A DNA stretch of 64,000 nucleotides from Macrostomum hystrix (taxonomy: Eukaryota; Animalia; Platyhelminthes): contig CATNEN010000025.1 in NCBI GenBank assembly GCA_950097015.1, positions 682,001 through 746,000 of the forward strand. Direction: 5' to 3'. Position numbers and translations under genes: made by a program. Positions 1 through 9,884 of this stretch are shown here, one piece after another. Positions within the stretch are counted from its first letter, which is position 1; each line of letters opens with the position of its first letter. The notes under the pieces were generated by a model. That model had not been told where the DNA came from. It saw only the letters and a list, made by a program, of their open reading frames with translations, and did not search any database.

Positions 1-5
1 TGACA

Positions 6-15
6 TCTCCCCCCT
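6..15 (-). other. Polypurine tract of the Gypsy element, adjoining the TG start of the 3' LTR (the LTR runs off the left edge)
   Basis: The minus strand reads ACTTT-AGGGGGGAGA-TGTCA over positions 20 to 1, about 60 nt after the pol stop. Confidence 0.75.
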
Positions 16-2475
16 AAAGTTCTGAGCATCCCCAAAGTTCGTTATGCCATCAGAGTCAGAGTCCAGTCAATCATCAAAGCTTCAGACGTTCAGGCGGCTG
101 CCTCCGACGATGAGGGTAGCGCCTGGTCGTGCTGGCCGATCTGTCAGCGGCTTCAGCGACCGCGGCATCCGGCGGCGCATCATTGCTGCCGTTGCATCCG
201 CTTAGCTCGGTGGGCGGCAGTGGCGGCTAATCAGCGATTCTGGCCGGTGGCTCAAGGGTAGCATCCGGCCTAGGAGAGCGTCCGAGCGAGTGTTCCGGGC
301 CACCGCCTCAGTCGTGATGGCGGATCCAGTCTCCTTGTCCAGAAGCAGAGCGTTGACGGCTGGCTCCTCTTCAAACTGCCTGGCCAGCGGCAAGCGGAAC
401 AGCGAGTCGCAGTTGGCGTGCTTGCTGGTGGGCTTGAACTCCAGCGAGTAGTCATAGCTGGCTAGGCGAATCGCTTAGCGCTGCATGCGCCTCCGCGTGC
501 TCCGGAATGCCCTTGTGCTCGCCGAGGAGACCCAGGAGCGGCTTGTGGTCGGTGACGATGACGAACTTTCGGCCTTGCAGAAACTGATGCAAGCGTGCAA
601 CCCAAACATGATCGCGAGCGCCTCCTTGTCCAGCTGCGAATAGCCCTTTTGAGTCGTCGTTAGGCTGCGGCTGGCGAAGGCTCTGTCCTCGCCGTCCACT
701 CGATGAGTCAGCACCACACCTAGTCCGTACGGGCTGGCGTCGCATTACAGACGCAAGGGCAGCTTGGCGTCGTAGTGCATGAGCACAGGAGACTCTAGTA
801 GAAGTCGCTTGGACCGTTTGAAGGCCTGCTGCTGAGGCTCAGCCCACGTCCAGCGCGCATTCTTCATCAGCAGCTGATTCAGCGGAGCGACCACCGTCGA
901 AGGTGTGGCAAGAACTTGGGTCAGCAAGGGTCAACAAGGATGCTCAACAAGGGTCAGCATCCCTAGGTAGGCTCGCAGCTGACTGCAGTCTGGGTGGCGG
1001 CGCATCCTGCACTGCCGTCACCTTCTCCGCTAGTGGCCGGAGACCGTTGCTGTCGATACGATAGCCAAGATATTCAACTGAGTCGCGGAAGAACTCACAC
1101 TTGTCTTTGTTCAGCCGCAGACCCGCCTGCTGCAGCGTCTTGCCCGTCACCAGAATGTCATCGACAAAGACCTGCACAGACTCCAGATCGCCGAGCAGAG
1201 AATCCAGCGTGCGCTGAAACACGGCGCTGGCGCAGTTGATTCCGAACGGCATTCGGATCAGTTGGTATAGACCGCGCTGCGTGTTGATGGTCAACTAGGG
1301 CTTGCTGTCCTAGGACAACGGCAGCTGCAGGAACGCGTTTGACATGTCTAGTTTCGACCACTTGCAGCCGCCGCCCAGTTTGGTGAACATATCCTCGATA
1401 CGCGGCAGCGGGTACAGCTCCGGCCTGGCCTCGGCGTTGTAGGTCAGCTTGTAGTCGCCGCAGATCCTGACAGCACCATTCTTCTTGACGACCGGCACGA
1501 TTGGCGCCGCCCAGTCGGAATATTTGACAGGCTTGATGATGCCGTCAGCCTCAATCCGCCGAAGCTCCTGGTCCACGCGTCCCTGAGCGCGTAAGGAAAT
1601 GGCCGTGCCTTGAAGAAGCGCGGCTTGGCTTCCGCCAGCATGTGCAGCTTCACTTCGCCATGCCGATATGTGCCCAGGCCGCCTTGAAATACGTCGGGAA
1701 ACTGCGCCTGCACGTCTTCTGCCTCTCCAGCCACCGCGTTGACCTGCTCGAAGATCTTCGGCCAGTCGAGTCTCAGCTGCGTCAGCCAGTCCCGGCCCAG
1801 CAGCGCGACGTCACCTTGATCGACCACCAGCAGCGCTAGCCACCGAGCCTAGCCATTGTACTGAACGGCGACATCCGCCTGTCCGACAAGTCTGAAGCTC
1901 TCTCCGGTGTAGGTCCGTAGCATCGTAGAAGTCGGCGATAGCCTTAGACCTGGCAGGACCTCTCGCTGAATGCCCTTCGGGATGACGGTCAGGGCGGACC
2001 CAGTGTCCACTTCGAAGCGACATGGTTTACCCCGCACCCGCAGCTCTACGACTAATCACTTGCTAGATCCGCGCAGCCGAACGCTGAAGATGTGCTCCTG
2101 CAGCTCGGCCGGTTTCGGATCCACCTTATGCAGCTTGGATGATTTGCACACCTTCCGAATGTGGCCGATTTTGCCGCAGTTGTGGCACTTTGCCTCGCGC
2201 GGCTTGCACTGCTGTCGACTGTGAGCACCGCTGCAGCTCGCGCACGCGCCCGTGACCGCAGCTGGCCGCGTTGTGCCTGTTGGAGGTCCGGCTGACTGGC
2301 GGGGGGGGCCTGCTTGTTGGTCTCCTTGAACGCTGGAGGATTCTTGTGAAAACGCAGGTGGGCCGACGCTTACGCTCGGTGCGCCATCTCCGATCAGGAT
2401 CTCTCCGCCGCCTCGAGTGCGTCGAGTCTGGCTAGCAGCGTCAGTCTTTTCGATCTCCAGCAGCTTAGCGACCAC
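6..2475 (-). mobile_element. Degenerate Ty3/Gypsy LTR retrotransposon internal region (gag-pol), 5'-truncated, integrase core deleted
   Basis: Minus-strand motifs in Gypsy order: Gag Cys/His knuckles (CASCSGAHSRQQC, CHNCGKIGHIRKVC), protease FEVDTGS, RT (WAAPIVPVVKK, RICGDYK, YPLPRIEDMF, MPFG, VFVDDILV), RNase H (CDASPYGLG, DKEALAI, TDHKPL) and a C-terminal RRYPHRRRQPPERL ending at TGA 74-76. Several stops, frameshifts and deletions. Confidence 0.95.
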
Positions 2476-3495
2476 CGTCGACCACCGACCACCATCTCAT
2501 CAGCACCTCGATGAGATATAGCACGGTTTGACAGAATGTGGTCAGATTCAAGTTATTGAATCTGTCTCTCTAATCTGCTTAAACATGACTATTCTTGGTC
2601 ATATTTAGTCATAAGTCATTTAGTCATCAACTGTCATATTTGCAACATAATTTTTGCTGCTTTTCTAATTCCCTCACAAGCTTCTGTTTCCTTTTTTCTA
2701 TTTCTTTCATATTTCCTCTTTCCTAATGCCTAATAGTTGGCATTGTCCTATATAGCAGAAACAAGCAGTCATATCAGAAACTTCGTTTATCTTTGCTGAG
2801 TTTTTATTTTTGTTTTCAAGAAATGACTTCATTGAAAAGTCAGTGACTGTGTATGTATATTTGTATTTGAATCTTAGTTGCAGTACTTGTTTATACATCA
2901 GACGTTTTTTTCTATGAGAACTCGAAAATTTTGTTTATCAAGAAATAAAACTATTTTTCATGTCTGCTGTACTTTGATATGCTTATGTTTATTGTTGAAT
3001 TTTTAAATAGCATGTTCACAATTACAAAGTGTAGAAAAAAAATTATATTTTTTGTATAATTATTAGTGTAGATACTGTACATATAATTCTTGACCATTTG
3101 CATGTAAGTCGATTAACTCTAATATAAATTTATTTTAAATGTTTCTCTAAAAGGGCTATACTTGTGTAGTAAAGTAAGTTAAAATTTAAGAGAAATTCAA
3201 TGCCAGCGAAAATTAATACCTGTTTCCAGAAAGTGCCGGATTTCCTGACAGAAGAAATGTATACAAACAATACATGAGTCTTTGATTGTTTAGTTAAATT
3301 GCTGGAAGTCATGAGTCACCGGCAGTCAAATTTTGGGAGTCTTGGGACTTTTATGATAAGGGTTACTCTTTCATGTGTCGATTATTCTTTAAAATTTCAT
3401 GACACATTTGTTGTGTACAATAAATTTTGCCTTGTACCTACTTCGGAATCCTAATTTATGTATGGTCCTTCATTATTTTTTTCTCACTATTTTAG

Positions 3496-4048
3496 AACCG
3501 AATGATACTCTGTTCCATTGCTACATTTGCAATTCATTCCTGGATACTAGATGCTCAGACTTCTTTGACAATCGCACAAGATTAGTGGAGCCTTGTCCGT
3601 CAACGCAGCATCGTTTGTGTCGGAAAATTATCCAAGAGGGTGAGCCTTATGAACTCAAATGCTCGAATTGTATTTAATTTTATTTTTTTAGCAAAACCAA
3701 TTTCAAAATATGTTACGTCATCACATATTTGTTTGAATAGTGACGGTACTAGCTCTATAAATTAGTTTTGTTGTATTAAAATGAATCCCAGCCTACTATG
3801 ACGGCGCTTGGGATCGGCGCTACATACGCGACTGCGCTATTCACGGCGAAATTGGCGCCGAAGAGGGTCGCTGGTGCATCGAACGATTGGGCACGCTTCG
3901 TGTCAAGATGCGATTCTGTCACTGCAATAATAAACACGGCTGTAATGCGGCCACTGCGGGTCCCGCTATTTCCGGACTGCTTGTGGTCCTACTGCCGCTG
4001 TTGTCTGCCAGCTTAGCACCTAGTTTATTGCGTTTAACTCAACTTTGA
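3496..4048 (+). CDS. GPI-anchored Ly6/uPAR (three-finger, quiver/sleepless-like) protein; exons 3496-3639 and 3792-4048; 5' signal-peptide exon not resolved
   Basis: Spliced translation: EPNDTLFHCYICNSFLDTRCSDFFDNRTRLVEPCPSTQHRLCRKIIQE-AYYDGAWDRRYIRDCAIHGEIGAEEGRWCIERLGTLRVKMRFCHCNNKHGCNAATAGPAISGLLVVLLPLLSASLAPSLLRLTQL*. It has 10 Cys in LU spacing, a terminal CxC...CN motif and a hydrophobic GPI-type tail. The GT-AG sites are phase-1 compatible. Confidence 0.85.
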
Positions 4049-6479
4049 ATGCCGCTATTTGAATGTTGCTTTTTAGTGCCTACTCATTTTGTGGTTAAAC
4101 AGCCGGATTTTTCTGTGTATATTTCTGAGTCCGTTTTCTAGTTAACCAGTGAGTTTAGGAGCAATTCTGTATTACCCATTTATGAACTGTGCAATATCTA
4201 TCTCTTGTATTTCTTAACATAACAATGTTAAAAAAATTACTTGGACTATAGTTTTGTGTTAACAGCTGACTCAATTGTTCTTGACCATGGTTCATAAAGC
4301 TGTTAATCCTTTTATAATTTGTTCTAGTTCTAGTGAGTCTCACATTGTTTCTCTTGCCTGTTCTAATGTGTGTATTTTTTGTTTAACTAATCTCTATCTT
4401 AAATTCTTAATTAGAGAATCTTACACTGCCTATTACTGTTTTGTCAATGTACAGACTTGTATTAGTACCAGATTTGTACATCCTGATTTCAGTGATGAAA
4501 ATGCACTTTAAGCACTATTCCCCGAAGTTAATTTATCTCAATTTTACATAATTTTATTGATATCTAGTTTTAATATTTTTGTGGGCTTCTATTGCAATTA
4601 TTTTTTACTGTCCCTCTGTTAACAGCTTTACAATAACGCATTGATTTTAACTTCAGTCATTGTTTCACATTCCTACTTGTTATGAATAGGCTGTGCCTAA
4701 TGCTTTTTTACATTCTCCACGTAAATTATGTGCGATAGATATCAGATTAGGCAGGACTTGATTTTAGAAATCTGGCCACTCCACTGATTTATCTGATAAT
4801 ATATTTCGAGCTAATTTAGACTCTGTTATAATCGGTATTCATTAAGTATGAATATTTTCCCACTAAATCTCGTGTTTAACTGTCAGTCATCAGTTTCAAA
4901 TAAAAACCATAAATTATTGTCTGTTTATCAAAAGAAAAGTTTGATGAATGCACTACTGTCTTGTAGTTTTCATGTTGCTTTTGAAGCTTGATTGTGGCTC
5001 TCCTTTTGTATCTTAGGCTATCATTGTTTAAACAACACATTCTTAAGCTAGTCTCGTTTTGATCATGTAATTTTAAGGTCAGTGTGGGTCGTCACATTAC
5101 TTATTCAATCATTAATTTATTATTAACTTATAGCTTCAAGATTTCGAACTTTTAGATACATTTTTCCGTAAGGTAAAGGAACCTGTTAAGGTTGTACGAC
5201 CAACGCCTAACGGATCCAGTTCCATCAAATCATAGTAAGTGTATTAATTAGTATTCAAATAGAAATAAATTTGTGCTATACGAATGTTTGTGTTTGATAC
5301 TGCCATTGTAGATTAGCTAGTCGATTCTCCGGCGGCGCTTCAAATCGGGATTGCTTGTGAGTTTTCTTCAAAATCTTTGACTCGGAATATATTAGCACTG
5401 CAGCTACGAAATGGTTCTTAGTGTTGAAACTTAGTATTTTATCTCACTTTCAGATGCTCTAGCGCCAGATTACAGCTGCACCGACCATCAAATGTCTACA
5501 GACCCTCTTGTTGATCGGTACTTCATAAACAATTATTCGATACTTTAGGAAATAGAAATCTGCGTAATCATGATGTAGCATAAAACAACTTGATTTCTTT
5601 AGTCGTTCATCAACTGAATAATGGAACCTTTTTTAAGCCATTTGAATAGAGTTAAGTTTGTCTCGTCACTTTTAGCACGTCATCGAAAGTATAATGAAAT
5701 ATCGTATTCAAATCGAGTCTGTGACTGTTTAGAAAACAAGTTTTTAGTTGAACAGTAGCTAAAAAAATTAACGCGTTTCTTGTAACAATTTATAAACTAT
5801 TTTATTGTAAACTTTTAATGCTAGTTAATTTCGTATTTCAAGAGAAGTCACTCTAGCTTAAAATATAAATAAAGGACTTGGTTTTCTGTCTTCCATAATA
5901 TCGTATCTGTGAAATGAACATATTAAAACGCTAAGAACAGGTAGTGACAAAAAATTGTCTGGCCCTCGACAAAAAAGTTAGTCAACTCAGCACCGGCATG
6001 GTCAAACAACACGAACGTTGTCTCTTGCCAAACAACACACCGTCGCTTCACTTCATGGCAACGCCTGGCAATAATACTTCTAGTGCGGGCGCTCTGTGGC
6101 AAGATACGACGTCAATTTCGCTGAACCGCTGTTCCTGAACTAAACACTTCTAAGCTACGGGCTTGCTGGCATGGACATTTTCGTAAGCCCTCTTTTCAGA
6201 CCATCATCCACTTACGTTTTAATATTCGCCAGATATCGAATGAGAACACAGTAGAGCATTATTACGAGTAAATAACTATTTGGTTTAATAGCTGTACAAC
6301 TCGTCAAATCGTGCAAATGCGGACTACATGTAGTCTTAAAGTTGGTTTGAATTTCGTGAAAAGCATGAACACTATACAACTGTCTGTTGTGCTATCGGGT
6401 TTTACCGCGCTAGAAAAAATTTAATACCTGATTATTAAATCATTTTTTAGTTCTGATAGGGCCATTATAAAATTAGGAT

Positions 6480-6925
6480 TTATTGATTTACACCTGTCCC
6501 AATTGGGCCACATGTGCAGCTGGCAGCACAGCTTGTGCTATTACAGGGCTCATCTGACTGGGATGGCTGCGTTCGGCTGTTCAGTCCACGGACTGGGGGG
6601 CACCACAACAACTTTAATTTACTCATCTAAAGCTGGTACACATTTAACAGCTGGGTGAACTGCAGCAATGCAGGTATATGTAAAGTGTGCGGCGATTCAT
6701 TCTCGCATCGCGTCGTAAGTTGGCTTCGTAAATTGTGCAATGCGATGTACTGGTGACATAGCATTGCACAATTTACGAAGCCAACTTACGACGCGATGCG
6801 AGAATGAATCGCCGCACACCTTACATATATTTGCTCATGGACACCTTGTTCCAGTGGAGTCGGGAAAGGAACCCCTTTCTTGAAGTCGTGAATATAACAT
6901 TAGTCATTTACGAACCTTAGCCCAT
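6480..6925 (-). mobile_element. tRNA-derived CORE-like SINE (family A), interrupted by a 155-bp hairpin insertion
   Basis: Aligns by eye with the copies at 8361, 33610 and 40519 (GGCTGTTCAGTCCAYGGACTGGGGG, CAGCTGGGTGAACTG, TGTTCCAGTGGAGTC). Confidence 0.75.
6675..6829. repeat. Near-perfect inverted repeat (69-bp arms, 17-nt spacer); MITE-like foldback element
   Basis: 6675-6743 is the reverse complement of 6761-6829, with a mismatch at 6684/6820. The ends are TA-rich. Confidence 0.9.
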
Positions 6926-7543
6926 TGGGACTAAGGACAAAGGGCTATACATGTGTGTCAATCTTACACAGCGCATTTTTAACGTTCAGCTTTACATCTT
7001 TCTAAATTGATATCCCCTTGGTTTTTACTAATTCCTAAACCCCTCCTCAATCATAACCTATCAGGTAGTGCGTGAGGAGTTCAGATTTAGGTGCACAATG
7101 GCCTGTGTGATTTCATACTGTACTTTTAAAAGTATTAAATGAAAAATTAAGGTCAGCATATACAAAATTATAAGTTCCATGAAAATTGTATAAATAGTTA
7201 AAGGCAGTTGTATAGACATGGTTGTTGTCGAAATATAGCTACCTGAGAAGTGGTTTATTTTAGTATCGTATGTTCCAGAGAAACATGTACTAATAATTTA
7301 TCGCTCAACTTACTACTCGACCAAACTTGAAATTTGCAGTGGATCAGCCTTCATCAGTACTACTATTGCATCATCTGGGCTGCGATTTGGCTGTGCGGAT
7401 CTCCTCATATCCGATGTTTCGCTATGGAAGTCTACTTCGCTAGAAGGCTATCTGTCAAGTATTCTATAGCTCTACCTAGCTGTTATCTGCTGAGTATCTG
7501 CTTCTGATATGTACGAGCATAAAGCGCTGTTAACATTAGAGAG

Positions 7544-8060
7544 ACCGCGGGGTGATTTCAAATACCCCACAATTTTCTGTACCTTCAAAAATATTTAACC
7601 AATCGCCATGAAAATGCAGAACACGTGCTAAAATTTTCCGCTATATCCGATCAAACAACTTCCAGAAGCACAAAACATCGGTATCGTCGAGATATTCAAT
7701 GATTCTCATCGGGGTGTCTTGTGGCATAAACCACCAACATAGGCATATTTTTTCTTCAGTGTTGGCTATTATTTTATAAATTTTGTATTGATTACTTTGT
7801 TAATTCTATATCATTGAACTAATATAGATTTGCGATAAAGGGTTAATCCAGAGCAATGTTAGTTGTTTATGTCACAATGGTCTTCGACAAGCATCGCTGA
7901 AAATCTCAACGATTCTGACTCGGACGGCTTTGAATGTAAGTTCGTCCATCGTAAATGCCGGAAAATTATTATCCATATGATGGATTTTCTCGAAAATCGG
8001 GGTCATTCGGTTTGTGAGCTGTCGTGAAGTAGGCAGTGGGCATTTGAAATACCCCGTGGT
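7544..8060. mobile_element. Putative MITE / non-autonomous DNA transposon (~517 bp)
   Basis: Imperfect terminal inverted repeats of about 25 bp: ACCGCGGGGTGATTTCAAATACCCCAC versus the reverse complement of GTGGGCATTTGAAATACCCCGTGGT. No ORF. Target-site duplication is unclear. Confidence 0.55.
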
Positions 8061-8360
8061 ATTTTCACCAGGTGGAACAATAGCGTGGGCTTTCTACTGT
8101 CACGATCAGTCGGAGCTCTAAAATCTTTACATTCGTGTGTACACTTTTATGTTCAACACGAAAAGCGCCTTGCGATAAGTCGAGCAATCGAGCATCAATC
8201 GAAAGCCTCATCGCTATTATTCAATAATTTCTGTTAATTGTAATCCTAAAAGATTTTTGTACATAAACGCACGCTGCACTGATCATATCGACTTCCATCT
8301 GTTGCCATTCCGTCTAAACGCGAATCGGTTGCTTCTGATTGGTTGCTTGCTCGTACATGA

Positions 8361-8620
8361 GGGTGTTGCCTATAGTGGTTAGAGCGTCGGACTTACGACT
8401 TAAAGTTCGGGGGTTCGAATCCCGACCCCACTTTAACAATTTGTGTCCATTTAGCAAGCCGCTTAATCCTGCATTGCTCCAGTTCACCCAGCTGCTAAAC
8501 GGGTACCAGCATTTGCTTGGGTAATTGAGGGTGGGTGCGGCATCCCCCCAGTCCATGGACTGAACAGCCATATCGTCGGCTGCTCATCTAGCCCGATCGT
8601 GACAGGTGTAATCAATTATA
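8361..8620 (+). mobile_element. tRNA-derived CORE-like SINE (family A), near full length
   Basis: A-box-like TAGTGGTTAGAGCG and B box GGTTCGAATCCC, followed by a CORE-like TGTGTCC...GCAAG...CTTAA...CAGTTCACCCAGCTG segment and a family-specific tail. Confidence 0.8.
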
Positions 8621-9884
8621 ACTATTATTGCTTCTGATTAAAACAGAGACAAAGCAAAATATGAACTTTAGAAATTATCGCTGCTGAAATTATTCAACAA
8701 GAAATTAACGACATCCGTATTTATTTGTTATTGGAAAATCTATAAACGTCAGGAGAAACATTTTTTCGATGATTCATGTCGGAACTAATCAGTAGTGTGT
8801 GAAAAAAGAGTAAAAAACTATTGTATCTGGAGGCCGAGTTAATGTGGACCTGTTCTGCACGTCTTTGTATATTATTTACGGATTGGAAATGAAATCACAT
8901 TTTTTACAATAATTTTACTGTTTTTGCTATCTATTTTAGTCCGACACTTTGAATTGTACAGTGTTCCATTGCATACAGAAATAAACGTATTGCACATTTG
9001 CTTTAGTGCAAATATAATTAACATTCATGTCTCTTTCGACCAAAAGTCTTGCCCTCAAACCCTCTAATTATCGTCTCTTTCCGTCACTAGGGGCCATTAG
9101 AGAATTGAGAATATTTAGCTTTTAAAGTTCCCTATAAAGCTGTAGAAACTGAAACATAATATAATCTTATTATATTACTTGTAGTAACTATGCATAATGA
9201 AATTAGTAGCATTCAATACTTAGGGCGCTAACTAAATATATACAGATTTAAGCTATCAGCATAGAAATTTCGAGAAATATTTGTATGCCAGTACCACTGT
9301 ACCAATCATATAAATCATAAGAAGATCTGCTGTTAACTTGCAGATTCGAGGTTTCTATGAATTCAATGAAAATTCAATTTAGGCTAGTCTAATAGCTTTG
9401 AGTCAGGTCGGGATAATATTCTCGCTACCGTGATGACAGTATGCGGTACTACCTGACGCTGTCTTACTATATTTGGCTGCTTAGAATGACCAGTGTTCTA
9501 TAGCCTTAATTTTGACATCCGTGTGCTTTGTGTATTTTTCACCGATTCAAATTTCTTTAAAGATATACAGGTGCACTTTTTCAATTATGGTTAGTGCAAT
9601 TATACTTCACATGTTTCTTATTGCATCCATAAAATTTCAGTTATCGACTTTTTAAGCTTGAAGTCCATTTTTTGTTACGTTTATGTCGTCGTATACTCGT
9701 TATTGCCTTAGACTCGTCTCCTTGCACTTGTTGGTTTGCCCTTGTCCTCGGCCCCTCTGTTGTCTGGCTATATCTATCACAGATATTCTCGGCAAGCCAT
9801 TATTCGCAGTGGAATTTCCAACATCATCATGTTCCGAATAAAAAATCTGCCACCCTTCTGCCAAAAATTTAACCATTCCTCACA

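Noticed and set aside
2053-2058. TGA between Gag and protease as a programmed readthrough signal
   Set aside because: Five other in-frame stops and several frameshifts show general decay. The context TGA-TTA is not the canonical UGA-CUAG.
3853-3869. TGGCGCCGAAGAGGGTC, resembling a tRNA-Lys primer-binding site
   Set aside because: It lies inside the Ly6 coding exon (codons I-G-A-E-E-G-R), and there is no adjacent LTR.
3798-4016. 72-aa ORF from the track
   Set aside because: It is an alternative frame over the Ly6 exon; the Cys-patterned frame is the credible one.
8361-8435. tRNA genes at 8361, 33810-33880 and 40519
   Set aside because: A and B boxes are present but there is no closed cloverleaf, and each continues into a shared SINE body.
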